The translations under genes and the position numbers were made by a program. A DNA stretch of 64,000 nt from Nitrospirales bacterium. GTDB taxonomy: Bacteria > Nitrospirota > Nitrospiria > Nitrospirales > UBA8639. The stretch lies in assembly GCA_963555755.3 (NCBI GenBank), contig OY820905.2, positions 160,001 through 224,000 on the forward strand, given 5' to 3'. This document shows, in pieces, positions 1-9,705 of this stretch. The notes beneath the pieces are model-generated. The model did no database searches, was not told the origin of the DNA, and was given only the letters and a program-made list of their open reading frames with translations. Positions within the stretch are counted from its first letter, which is position 1, and each line of letters begins with the position of its first letter.

Positions 1-91
1 CATCCTGAGGGAGCCGTCGCCAGGCCGGATCGACCTTATGGTAGCTAAAATTGACGAATTGCCTTTTGGCTGGCTCTTTCCCTTCAGCCAT
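1..91 (-). CDS. 5' end of chlorite dismutase/HemQ-like protein (runs off window)
   Basis: Hand translation MAEGKEPAKRQFVNFSYHKVDPAWRRLPQD after a GAGGGAGG RBS; F..KVDPAWRRLP resembles Cld/HemQ-family N-termini. Only 30 codons visible. Confidence 0.6.
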   Translation of the reverse strand, partial: MAEGKEPAKRQFVNFSYHKVDPAWRRLPQD

Positions 92-191
92 GAGATCCCC
101 TCCCTCGCAACATAAGAATAATGCAATAGACCGACCGTCGTATCTATCAATTTCCACCCAACATTGTCAACGAATTGAGGGAATATTCCTG

Positions 192-3100
192 TTAGGCCGA
201 AACGGCGGAGATGGGTTGGGTTTGAATCGGAACGCCGTTTTGGAAGATCACCTGTTGGGAGGGATGGGCCGGGATTCGATCGCCGGGGAGAATGATCCCG
301 ATAAGATTGAGCGGATCCGAACCAGAGAGCCGAATTTCTTGGGCTCCGGCTTGTGGGTCTTTTCGGACGGCACGGAGGGCTTCTACGGCTTCAGGCAATC
401 CAAATTGTTCACCTGTGAATCCCGAGACAAAGCGTCCTCCACGAATTTCCCCGCGTAATTCTAGTCGACGATAGATCATCAGTAAATCGCGCCACGCGAT
501 GCTGAGTGATTCGCGTTTCAGTAAATCTCGAAACACAATGCCGTACCGTTTGAGTAATTGACGTGCCCAGGCTTCGATCGGGTTGGGTGTTGGATGATCA
601 TGCCCTTCGGTTTCATTCGTGTGGGGTGTGAGTAACGACCATCGACCAATAGTGTGTCGTGGGCGTTGTTTCTGGTGTCGGCCTATTCCTCGGCGGCGTT
701 TTGGATCGAGCAGTGCACGCAGATTGTCAAACCCATCCGCCGTGACAAGTCCCACACTCGCCAATTCCCATAACCCCTGTTCGACTTCTGCTTGGAGTTG
801 TCCTGTCCCTCGAGTGATATCGATGAAAAAACTCGCTCCTCGTTGCGAGAGGTACTGATACACGGCTTGCGCGACCGCACTGAGTTTTTCTGGAAGTAGC
901 GCTTGGGTTGCCTTTGGTCCTTTCCGGGATAGGGTGAGGAGCCATTCTGCGTCGTCTCGCGGGAACACGTTTATTGGGGCGAGGCTAGTTGGGATGATAC
1001 GCTTTCTGTGTTTGGCATTGATAAGGTCGTTGTCAAAGTTTGGTGGGGTGAGGCGCCCCCATGTGATAGTTCCGCGGAGGCAGAGATAATCTAGTGTGTC
1101 CGGAGTGTAGCTGGCTATGCGGCTTCCAATGAGATGGGGTTCCCATGCCGACGCCGCGGCTTCAAAGCCGGAGAGTTGTTCCAGGATTACGCGCAATCCG
1201 TTTTCCCCATGTAGCCTAGCGGTGGGGGTGACATGCTGCCATCGGAATAGGAATCGCATGAAGTCGGAGGCCGAGACTGCCTCAATTTCTTTCCGAAGGG
1301 TCGTGACGGTTCGCCGATGAATGCGCGCTAAGAGTCGGCGATCACACCATTCTACTTCAGGTGTGGCTCCCTGTCCCCTGCCTCTGCCAATGCCTCTAAA
1401 TATCCCTTGCAGCACTTGGCCTTGGGCTTCAAGTTGTTGGAGGGCTGTCTGCATCGTCTGAATAGGTAATCGAAGTTTCGTGGCTAATTCCGTGGCCGTC
1501 GTTGGGCCAATGACCTCCATCCAACTTCGAACAATTGCTGTTTGTGCTTCCTGTTGGTCTCCGGAGTAGGCGGTTGTCGAATCAGCTTCGGTTGGCTGGA
1601 GGTCTTGAGGTAAGGCGAGATCCGGATAGGCGATGGCTAGGGCAGAGAGATGTTCAGACACGGTCCATATTTGGGTTGGCCCCTGTGACTCACGTGGTGA
1701 ATCGCGATGGGAAAACATAAGAGCTCGGCCTGACTCGATCAAGGCCGGAAGAAACTCTTTCCATTCAGTGGCGAAGTCTTCCGGGACCCACATCAAAAGA
1801 TGAAGGGCTTCTTGCAGTTCGTCTGCATCGCGGACTAGGGGCCAGGCTTCTTGGCAGACCGACGCAATGGCTTCTGGACCAAGGGCTCCGATTGTGGCCG
1901 CTTCATCCGGTGACAACATCTGTCGCATGTTGACAGCTCGCGAACGTCGTTCTTCGAGTGGCGCATCATCGAGAAAGGCATAGGGGTTCGCATGTAAAAT
2001 TTCATGGGAGAACGGGGAGGGCGCTGGGGTTTCGATGGCGAGACATTGTATCTCACCGTTTTCAATTCTTTTGAGTATGGTGGTGAGACCATTGATATCC
2101 ATGGCTTCTTCCAAACAGTCTCGAATGGTTTCTTGCACGAGTGGGTGATCAGGTACCTCAATATTGCCCGGAGGCCGATTGTCTTGGCAGGCAGTCGCCA
2201 TCGGAAAAATCGCGGTGAGCAAGTCCTCTGCTCGCATACGTTGCAGGTAAAGGGGGACTCGTTTGCCGTTTCGAAAACGCAAAAGTGCCAGCGCGCGTGA
2301 GGCATTCCATCGCCATCGTGCCAGAAACATGGGGGCCTGTAACACGGCTTGCGTGAGCACGTCCCGCACGGTGTTGGCATGAAGCAGGGACCACACGGTT
2401 TCCAAGGGAAAGCTGTGCTTTTCGCCTAATGACAGCACGAGGCCTTCGTCCGTGGCCGCGGCCTGGAGTTCAAAGTCAAAACTTACGCAGAATCGTTTTC
2501 GTAAGGCCAAGCCCCAGGCACGATTGATTCGTCCGCCGAAGGGGGAGTGTATGACGAGTTGCATCCCTCCAGCTTCATCAAAGAATCGTTCGGTGATTAA
2601 GGTCTGTTGCGTGGGAACTGCGCCCAGTACCTGAAGCCCGGATTGTTGATAGGCGATGAGTTGCTCGGCTGCGCGCTGATCGAGCCCACATTCGGTGTTC
2701 AGCCAGGTGAGCGTGTTGTCGTCCGGGTTGGTTTCCAGAGAATCAGGTGATCCTGAACTATTCTGCGTGAGATGTTGAACAACGGCTTGTCGTAAGTCTG
2801 CGACTTCCTGCGAGAGCTCAAAGGTTCGTGAAGGGGCTTCACCGCGCCAAAAGGGAATGGTGGGGGGCGCTCCGTGAGCATCTTCCACTCGCATTACCCC
2901 GGTTCCCACGCCACGAATACGCCATGAAGTGTTGCCAAGCAGAATGATATCGCCGGCCATACTTTCCACGGCAAAATCTTCATCCACCGACCCCACGGTA
3001 ATTCCTTGTGGCTCTGCTACTACCGCATAGGTTGCGGTATCGGGAATGGCACCGCCGGAGGTAATGGCGGCGAGTCGTGCCCCTCTTCGAGGGCGTAATT

Positions 3101-4604
3101 GTTTGTGGACTCGGTCGTGAAAGAGGAACGCGTGTTGCCTGCCGCGATTCGGGATAAAGCCATGTGCCAGCATGCTGACAATTTCTTGAAAATCATTTTT
3201 GGTGAGGTTGCGATAGGAATATGCGCGAGTGCACAGCTCGTAGAGTGCTTCGTCAGACCATTCTTGCGCCGCCACTTCTGCGACAAGTTGTTGTGCCAAA
3301 ATGTCTTTGGGGTGTTGCGGAATGATAATCTGATCCAGGTTAAAGCGATGAATAGCTCGAATGAGGGCGGCACATTCCACGAGTTCATCACGGGTCGTAC
3401 AAAATAATCGACCTTTGGGTGTGGCGCCCACCCAGTGGCCTGCTCGGCCAATTCGTTGCAGGCCGGTCGCAATGGCTCGGGGCGATCCCACTTGGCACAC
3501 GAGATCGACAAAGCCGATATCGATCCCGAGTTCTAATGACGCCGTCGCAACGACGACACGGGTCTGCCCGTTCTTCAATCGTTCTTCCGCCGACAACCGC
3601 ACTGTACGCGACAGGCTTCCATGATGCGTGGCGACAAGATCTTCGCCTAAACGATCGGTTAAATGATGGGAAATGCGTTCGGCTAATCGTCGCGTATTCA
3701 CAAATACCAATGTGGATCGGTGCTCTTGGACCAGCTCCGTCAGTCGATCATAGATGTCCGCCCAAATGGCGTTGGTGGCGATAGCGCCCAATTCATCTTT
3801 TGGCGTTTCAATGGCCAGGTCCAATTCTCGTCGCTGTCCCATATTGACAATATGGCAGGGGTTGGGGGTCCACGTTGGGTGTTCATCCTTGGAGGTGCTC
3901 CTTGTGCCTCCCGCCAAGAATTGCGCGATGTCTTCTAAGGGTTTTTGAGTAGCCGAAAGCCCAATACGATTGGGCTTCGTTTGCGTGAGGGCATCAAGCC
4001 GTTCCAAAGACAGGGCGAGATGTGAACCCCGCTTGTTTCCAGCGAGGGCATGTATTTCATCGATGATCACCGTGCGGACCGTTTTGAGAATTTCTCGGCT
4101 TTTGCGAGCCGTGAGTAACAGAAAGAGTGATTCGGGCGTGGTGATCAAAATATGGGGAGGGCGTCGGAGAATTGCTTGACGTGTTTTTGTGGAGGTATCA
4201 CCCGTTCTGACTTCCACTCGGATTTCTGGAAGGAGGAACCCCGCCTCTAACGCTCTCGCCGAGATCTCGGTTAACGGCTGCCGGAGATTTTTTTGTACAT
4301 CGTTGCTGAGAGCTTTAAGCGGCGAGACATAGAGGATCTGCGTTTGATCGGTGAGATCTTTACAAACGGCCTGGTGGAATAAAGAATCGATCGAAGCCAG
4401 AAATGCAGCTAAGGTTTTCCCCGAACCGGTAGGGGCTGCAATGAGGGCATGTTCTCCTGAACGAATGATCGGCCAACTAGCGGTCTGCACATCGGTGGGC
4501 CTGCCAATTTGCTCGATGAACCAATTGGCAATAATGGGGTGGAAGTCTACAAGGGGCGGCTCTGGTTCTAATGGAATCTGCTTTGTAGCCATTGCTTCGC
4601 TCAA
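192..4604 (-). CDS. lhr: Long Lhr-type DEAD/DEAH-box helicase
   Basis: APTGSGKT, YVSPLKALSND, DEIH, SLELGIDIG, QRIGRAGH motifs; 1470 aa with C-terminal RGGRFVSGFTGEQF region typical of long Lhr. Confidence 0.93.
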   Translation of the reverse strand: MSEAMATKQIPLEPEPPLVDFHPIIANWFIEQIGRPTDVQTASWPIIRSGEHALIAAPTGSGKTLAAFLASIDSLFHQAVCKDLTDQTQILYVSPLKALSNDVQKNLRQPLTEISARALEAGFLLPEIRVEVRTGDTSTKTRQAILRRPPHILITTPESLFLLLTARKSREILKTVRTVIIDEIHALAGNKRGSHLALSLERLDALTQTKPNRIGLSATQKPLEDIAQFLAGGTRSTSKDEHPTWTPNPCHIVNMGQRRELDLAIETPKDELGAIATNAIWADIYDRLTELVQEHRSTLVFVNTRRLAERISHHLTDRLGEDLVATHHGSLSRTVRLSAEERLKNGQTRVVVATASLELGIDIGFVDLVCQVGSPRAIATGLQRIGRAGHWVGATPKGRLFCTTRDELVECAALIRAIHRFNLDQIIIPQHPKDILAQQLVAEVAAQEWSDEALYELCTRAYSYRNLTKNDFQEIVSMLAHGFIPNRGRQHAFLFHDRVHKQLRPRRGARLAAITSGGAIPDTATYAVVAEPQGITVGSVDEDFAVESMAGDIILLGNTSWRIRGVGTGVMRVEDAHGAPPTIPFWRGEAPSRTFELSQEVADLRQAVVQHLTQNSSGSPDSLETNPDDNTLTWLNTECGLDQRAAEQLIAYQQSGLQVLGAVPTQQTLITERFFDEAGGMQLVIHSPFGGRINRAWGLALRKRFCVSFDFELQAAATDEGLVLSLGEKHSFPLETVWSLLHANTVRDVLTQAVLQAPMFLARWRWNASRALALLRFRNGKRVPLYLQRMRAEDLLTAIFPMATACQDNRPPGNIEVPDHPLVQETIRDCLEEAMDINGLTTILKRIENGEIQCLAIETPAPSPFSHEILHANPYAFLDDAPLEERRSRAVNMRQMLSPDEAATIGALGPEAIASVCQEAWPLVRDADELQEALHLLMWVPEDFATEWKEFLPALIESGRALMFSHRDSPRESQGPTQIWTVSEHLSALAIAYPDLALPQDLQPTEADSTTAYSGDQQEAQTAIVRSWMEVIGPTTATELATKLRLPIQTMQTALQQLEAQGQVLQGIFRGIGRGRGQGATPEVEWCDRRLLARIHRRTVTTLRKEIEAVSASDFMRFLFRWQHVTPTARLHGENGLRVILEQLSGFEAAASAWEPHLIGSRIASYTPDTLDYLCLRGTITWGRLTPPNFDNDLINAKHRKRIIPTSLAPINVFPRDDAEWLLTLSRKGPKATQALLPEKLSAVAQAVYQYLSQRGASFFIDITRGTGQLQAEVEQGLWELASVGLVTADGFDNLRALLDPKRRRGIGRHQKQRPRHTIGRWSLLTPHTNETEGHDHPTPNPIEAWARQLLKRYGIVFRDLLKRESLSIAWRDLLMIYRRLELRGEIRGGRFVSGFTGEQFGLPEAVEALRAVRKDPQAGAQEIRLSGSDPLNLIGIILPGDRIPAHPSQQVIFQNGVPIQTQPISAVSA

Positions 4605-4622
4605 CTCAAATGGGCTTTGCCC

Positions 4623-5342
4623 TCACTGGTCAAGGTTCTCTGGGAAGACCGTATTCGCCGAGCGAAGCGACTCAATTTTTCGATCGACGACTGTAGCCTC
4701 TTCCTCCCGATTGGCTTGTCGAAGCAAGGAGCCATAACGCGTATACAGTGAGATGAGTCGCGGATGCGCAGGATTCAGTGAATGCTCCGTGATGCGAATG
4801 GCACGGATGTAAAAAGTTTCTGCCTGATCAAATTTTCTTTGAATGTGGGTGACGATTCCTAATGTGACGAGCGGTTGAACTAAATGTGGGTGTTTGTCTC
4901 CTAAGATGCGTTCGCTAATCCCCAAGGCTCTTTGCCAGAGCGGTTCGGCTTTTTTAAACAATTGTTGTGAAAAGTACAATGAGGCGAGGTTATTCAACCC
5001 CATTGCGATATCCGGATGATGAGGACCCTGAATTGTTTCTATGACCGCCAGGGAATTTCTGTACCGTAATTCTGCTTGGTCAAATTCACCAAGGCGCTCA
5101 TGGACGGCGCCGAGGTTATTGAGGGTTGTGGCGGCATGGGGATCCGGTTGCTCGCCTTGTTCGAGGGTTTCCAGTGCGCGCTCGAAGAGGTCTTTGGCCG
5201 TCATGAAATCTTTTTTCTGATAGGCCAGCATCCCCGCCGTATTGAGTGTGTCCCAATTCTCAGTTTCGGCGAGGCCAGTGGCATAACTGCATACCACCAG
5301 AATGAACGAGATGAAACTTAATCGAAGGGGGAGTGAAATCAT
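4623..5342 (-). CDS. Exported tetratricopeptide repeat protein
   Basis: Signal peptide then kinesin-light-chain-type TPRs (ATTLNNLG, GPHHPDIAMGLNNLA); ATG at 5342 preferred. Confidence 0.85.
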   Translation of the reverse strand: MISLPLRLSFISFILVVCSYATGLAETENWDTLNTAGMLAYQKKDFMTAKDLFERALETLEQGEQPDPHAATTLNNLGAVHERLGEFDQAELRYRNSLAVIETIQGPHHPDIAMGLNNLASLYFSQQLFKKAEPLWQRALGISERILGDKHPHLVQPLVTLGIVTHIQRKFDQAETFYIRAIRITEHSLNPAHPRLISLYTRYGSLLRQANREEEATVVDRKIESLRSANTVFPENLDQ

Positions 5343-5800
5343 ACTGGTCGGTTTTCTTGTTTGGGAATGACCCACGAGGAGTCAGAGCTGACTTGGATAA
5401 AACCGGTGATTTCCAAAACATGGGTTCCCTGTTTCCACAACAAAGAAAGTGTAACAGATATCATGAGCAATCCAAAGGATCTGGAGCCAATTTGGCGAAC
5501 GAGTGTGTTAATACAAATCCAGATGGAGATCGAATGGCTAGGCTTCGGGATCCTGCAAAAAAATGTCATGAACACTCGTACAGGTCTTTCCTTTTTTTTT
5601 CTTGTTTCTTCTTGTCCCGGTCTTGTTCTTGGCATTGCTAGCAACTCCGCTCCAGGCCTGAGATGGAAAATGATTAAGGGTTTTTTGAATTTCTCCGACA
5701 AAGGAACAATGAGCCGTGATAGGTCTTGTCTCGGGTGTTGAATCGATAACGAACGAAATGACCATGGATCAATGGCAACGAAACTTACGGTGTTGGTGAA

Positions 5801-5979
5801 GGGTTCGCGCAACAATAACTTCCTATGTTTGGGTGTTGAGGCGCCTATCTGGCAAGGCGCGAGGACTGCGCATACTCCTCGTATGGAAAGGACGAGCAAC
5901 GCCGCCAAACGGGATGGATCGACGCCCAAACATAGCCCAAACATAGCCCAAACATAGGATATTATTGTTGCGCGTACCC
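5801..5979. mobile_element. MITE family A copy (reverse orientation) with internal 11-bp triplication
   Basis: TIR GGGTTCGCGCAACAATAA / TTATTGTTGCGCGTACCC; homologous to 25042-25199 and 35974-36130; GCCCAAACATA x3 at 5924-5956. Confidence 0.85.
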
Positions 5980-6011
5980 TACAAGGAGGAAATCACCTCT
6001 ATCCCTTAATA

Positions 6012-6112
6012 CACAGGTGACAACGGCAAACTACTTGAGAGGGTAGGGCGCAAAGCCAAGAGACCTGAGTGTGGATGATAGCCATCCAAGGGTTCGTCTG
6101 GTTACCGAACTG
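6012..6112 (+). ncRNA. Cyclic di-GMP-I (GEMM) riboswitch
   Basis: GGCAAAC-stem-GAGA tetraloop-GGGCGCAAAGCC...GGTTACCGAA matches the class I aptamer core; 5' of a sigma28 gene. Confidence 0.88.
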
Positions 6113-6139
6113 GAACTGTCTCAATTTGGTTTTGCAGTG

Positions 6140-6174
6140 TGCCCATTCTTGTTCGAGAAGTGGGCATTTTTTTT
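6140..6174 (+). terminator. Intrinsic terminator (riboswitch expression platform)
   Basis: TGCCCATTCT...AGAAGTGGGCA hairpin followed by T8, between aptamer and start codon. Confidence 0.8.
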
Positions 6175-6194
6175 ATTAAACAAGGAAATAACGG

Positions 6195-7040
6195 ATGTAT
6201 CGACATCGAGTGGGTGGGCCTAAATTGAAAGGCAAGCGGGTTGGACGGCCAGTTCAACCGGTGTCGACCAATGGGAATCATGACAAGGCCGTACGGAAGA
6301 TTGATCCGGCCTTTGCCGGGAAAGACGCCGATCAGATCGTCCGTGCTTTTCTTCCCATCGTTCGTCGAATAGCTATCGAACTTGTTCTTCGCAACCCGGC
6401 AGCGCTTGACGTTGAAGATTTGACCAGTGCAGGGGTGATGGGGCTGTTGTCGGCGATGACGCGTTACGATCCTTCCCGTGAGATCAAGTTTCGGACTTTT
6501 GCCGAATACCGTATTCGGGGAGCCATGCTCGATGAGATTCGTTCCATGGATTGGGTTCCGCGATCCGTTCGCGCCAGAATTGAAAAATTCCAACAGGTCT
6601 CCGCGGAATTTGTGCGAACGGTTGGACGACCTCCCACTCAAGATGAAATCGCGGAACTGTTAGGTATTCCCCTCGACGATATAGGGGCTTCCCTCATGAA
6701 GGAAGCCACGGTGTTAAGTCTTGACGAATGGGTTGGGGACGAGGATGAAGTCTGCACCCTCAAAGATATATTGCCAGCCATAAACCAATTGGACCCGTTG
6801 GCCGCATGTATTTCTAATCAAGTGGGTGATGTGCTCCAAAGCGCTATGGCACGACTGCCGCAACGCCAACAATCAGTCATTCGTCAGTACTATTTTTCAG
6901 GCATGACCATGAAAGCGATTGGTGAAACGCAAGGGCTGACCGAATCTGGGATTTGCCGGGTCCATGCGGATGCCTTAAACCGGTTACGGGAAGAATTGCT
7001 CACCATTGGAGCTGATATCCAGGATACGGAAAAGTCTTAA
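6195..7040 (+). CDS. fliA: FliA/WhiG-family (sigma28) RNA polymerase sigma factor
   Basis: EDLTSAGVMGL, RYDPSREIKFRTFAEYRIRGAMLDEIRSMDWVPRS, C-terminal HTH. Confidence 0.9.
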   Translation: MYRHRVGGPKLKGKRVGRPVQPVSTNGNHDKAVRKIDPAFAGKDADQIVRAFLPIVRRIAIELVLRNPAALDVEDLTSAGVMGLLSAMTRYDPSREIKFRTFAEYRIRGAMLDEIRSMDWVPRSVRARIEKFQQVSAEFVRTVGRPPTQDEIAELLGIPLDDIGASLMKEATVLSLDEWVGDEDEVCTLKDILPAINQLDPLAACISNQVGDVLQSAMARLPQRQQSVIRQYYFSGMTMKAIGETQGLTESGICRVHADALNRLREELLTIGADIQDTEKS

Positions 7041-7254
7041 GGGAATGTTGAAAAAAGCCGCCAGGGGCGTTCTCGCCCTTTTGTCGTGCTCACGTACTAT
7101 GAGTACGCTCCGCGCGTCAAAAGGGCTGCGGCCTTGCTGGATAGACCCTTCGGAAAGACTCAGGGCATGCTTTTTTGAACATTCCCTCCCACTGATGCAA
7201 GCAGGCTTACCTGGAGCATCTATGGGTCATGAACCTGAAATATTCAACAGACCC
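7041..7254. mobile_element. MITE family B copy (core 7041-7186 plus tail ending in a second TIR)
   Basis: GGGAATGTTGAAAAA...TTTTTGAACATTCCC then ~68 bp to TTCAACAGACCC; homologous to 7595, 29260, 60367. Confidence 0.8.
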
Positions 7255-7337
7255 AACTTCCCGTGTCTAAATCCTGGTGGAAGGTGTCAGAGGGCAGTAA
7301 CCCTACGGCCTCTCACATCATGATTAAACGGTGATAT

Positions 7338-7589
7338 ATGGAGTGGGACCAAAAATCCCGGTGTGTGTGTCCGAGTTGCGGTTTCGTTGGTCTGCCTCAA
7401 CGCGGGTTATTCTGGAACGTTGTGTTCAGAATGAAGTCTTTCCGAAAGACTTTATCCGGTCATTCCTTAACAAATCGTCAGTGTCCCGCCTGCAACAAGT
7501 CTCAACTGATTCCGTTAAAACCACCCTTTGGAAAAACGGTCGATTTTCTCTTTGCCGAACCTCCCAGGAGTAGTCGTTCTTCCTCCTGA
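7338..7589 (+). CDS. Small zinc-ribbon protein
   Basis: 83 aa with CPSC and CPAC pairs; lies between two MITE-B copies. Confidence 0.6.
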   Translation: MEWDQKSRCVCPSCGFVGLPQRGLFWNVVFRMKSFRKTLSGHSLTNRQCPACNKSQLIPLKPPFGKTVDFLFAEPPRSSRSSS

Positions 7590-7594
7590 CTCCC

Positions 7595-7793
7595 AGGAAT
7601 GTTGAAAAAGGTCGTCAGCGGCGTTCTCGGCTCTTTGTCGTGCTCACGTACTCACCCGTACGCTCCGCGCGCCAAAGCGCCTGCGGCCTTGCTGAGCGCA
7701 CCTTTTTGAACATCCCCTACGGCTCGTGGAGGTTTATGAGATAAATCACATGCGGACGGCATAAGGGAAATTTTTCAATTATTTAACAGGCCC
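7595..7793. mobile_element. MITE family B copy
   Basis: AGGAATGTTGAAAAA...TTTTTGAACATCCCC plus tail ending TTTAACAGGCCC; core closely matches 29260. Confidence 0.8.
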
Positions 7794-7888
7794 TGAATAG
7801 TCCGGACGACCCGGGTTGGGCTGAGAAATTCAGAGGCAGACGTTGATTGTTCTTGATGAGAAAGTGACGGATTGGTTTGGGGAGCCCC

Positions 7889-8473
7889 CTAGGTTTGGTG
7901 ACGGTGAGGAACGTAAAACTCATGTCCTCCGATCGTCGCCACTTTCTGTCCTACTTGGGCCCATCGGGGAGTTCGAGCGATACGAGGATTATAAAACAGC
8001 ACGGCTCCATCAACCACCTTTCGTCCATCCTGTACCAGTCGCCAAGCCAGGAGGCTATCCTTCATTCGCCGTTTGTTGAAATTGGCGAGAACTTGGTGCG
8101 GCTGTTGGCGATTCCAAGGTTGGAATTGTTTACGTTTGAGGACGGTGCCTTTGACTGTTCCATCGCTTTGATATTTCATGGCCATTCGATTTCGAATAAC
8201 TGCTGCTACAGCCATTTTTCCTGCAAAACTTTCCCCTCGGGCTTCCAGATAAATGGTCAGAGCCGCGAGATCTTCCGGTGAGGGATAGGGCTGTCGTACA
8301 TCTTCTTTTCCCACAAGGGTGGCTAGCGCGGGCCGAGGGTTTGCATCAGCCAAGAGCCCCCTGGCTTTGACCCCCGGTGCTACAGTGGAAGGTGTAACGC
8401 TAAGAATTAATACTCCAAGGGTGGCGCTGGCTATGATCGTTTTAGTTTGGCGTATGATTATAGAAGTATTCAT
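7889..8473 (-). CDS. Cell wall hydrolase (SleB/CwlJ, Hydrolase_2)
   Basis: LAALTIYLEARGESFAGKMAVAAVIRNR, QFQPWN, IGGHEFY motifs; signal peptide. Confidence 0.9.
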   Translation of the reverse strand: MNTSIIIRQTKTIIASATLGVLILSVTPSTVAPGVKARGLLADANPRPALATLVGKEDVRQPYPSPEDLAALTIYLEARGESFAGKMAVAAVIRNRMAMKYQSDGTVKGTVLKRKQFQPWNRQQPHQVLANFNKRRMKDSLLAWRLVQDGRKVVDGAVLFYNPRIARTPRWAQVGQKVATIGGHEFYVPHRHQT

Positions 8474-8841
8474 TTGAGGTGTTCCCACTATTATATAGAT
8501 GTATTAGTGTCGTTGTCACTCCCCGTTGTAAAAACTTCCAGTAGTACGCCAAGGTATTCCATTCAAGCCTTGATAGCTAGGTATAGAGCAATGGTTGTGC
8601 CAACCGTGTTGGTTAAGGCTTTGAGGTGCCCGAACCTTTTGTTTTCACGCAAGATTTCCCAATTTACCATCTTGATGATGGAAGGGACTCGTATCCAAGG
8701 CCAGACTCAAAAATGGAAAATTTTCTGACAGGAAGGGGCAGGATCTGACAGGCAATCCTTTGATTCTTTCAAAAAAATCAAAGACTTTTGATGTAAAACG
8801 GTGGTTGATAAAACTCTCGACACCTCTTAAAGAAGGTTGAA

Positions 8842-9004
8842 CCTAGAAACGGCAGTTGGGCGCAAAAAAGACGTGCAAGATATTGGTGTGCATGGTGAAA
8901 TACAAAAAGTCGTGGTCACCTCGGTGGTGATGAGACATTTTTGTATTTTGCCAGGTGCGCCAAGAGCTTGCGCGGACTTTTGTGATCCAACTGCCGATTC
9001 TAGG
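8842..9004. mobile_element. MITE family C (163 bp, IS1380-like ends), intact copy
   Basis: TIR CCTAGAAACGGCAGTTGG / CCAACTGCCGATTCTAGG; 5-bp TSD TTGAA at 8837-8841 and 9005-9009. Confidence 0.92.
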
Positions 9005-9139
9005 TTGAAGGGTCTGTCCGAGTCTACATAAAAATCTTGGAGAAGTTTGGCTGGGTTTGGTGTACTTTCTTGTAATTGCGAGATGGTAATCTAGTGTAAA
9101 ATATCCTGACATGTTGCATCGCTCACGGAAGGAGGACCG

Positions 9140-9691
9140 ATGAATAGTTTCAAACATACAAAGTACTTTTTGGTTGGGGCAGGCTTTTTCTGGTTTATGC
9201 TGAGCTGGTTTTTCCTTGAAGAAGGCATGTCTCTGGCTGCGGGTGTTCAGGGGGGAGCCAATAATCATTTGCATCGGGCAAAGATCTATTTGGCTGCTGG
9301 GGATTACCGAAGGGCAGTTGAAGCCTGTCAACGCAATGTTGATGAAACTCCGTCCGTGGAAAGTTACGTCTACCTCATTTATGTGTACCATGCGATTGAT
9401 GGATACCAGGAGTGGCTTGCCCAACAGGATAAATGGGGCGATGTGGGACGGTTAGCGCAGTCGATGGTGAATCGTGGGGCGATGGAGTTAGTCGATCCCC
9501 CGAGTACGCTATCTCGGATGGCCAAAGAAATCTTGCATGAAGGCCTGCGGGTACAGTTTGATATTGTCGCCGGCATGGCGAATCGTCTGGATAAAGCCCG
9601 AGTGGATGAATTGTGGCTGGAGCGAAAGGCTTGGGAAGAGGCGCATCCTGAAACTTGGTGGGCAGGTGTTCCTGAGTCCTGGAATTGGTAA
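9140..9691 (+). CDS. Exported hypothetical protein
   Basis: GGAGGA RBS, signal peptide, TPR-like helix pair (AKIYLAAGDYRRAVEAC). Confidence 0.75.
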   Translation: MNSFKHTKYFLVGAGFFWFMLSWFFLEEGMSLAAGVQGGANNHLHRAKIYLAAGDYRRAVEACQRNVDETPSVESYVYLIYVYHAIDGYQEWLAQQDKWGDVGRLAQSMVNRGAMELVDPPSTLSRMAKEILHEGLRVQFDIVAGMANRLDKARVDELWLERKAWEEAHPETWWAGVPESWNW

Positions 9692-9705
9692 CCACTGAAG
9701 AGCGT

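Noticed and set aside
5924..5956. CRISPR-like repeat
   Set aside because: Three abutting 11-mers without spacers inside a MITE (slippage); no cas genes or spaced arrays in the window
7006..7323. Small paralogous ORFs (also 5339-5944, 8837-9031, 29305-29517, 34624-34818, 35872-36157, 43895-44125, 60388-60699)
   Set aside because: They are translations of MITE sequence; the similarity is at DNA level and the frames are not conserved
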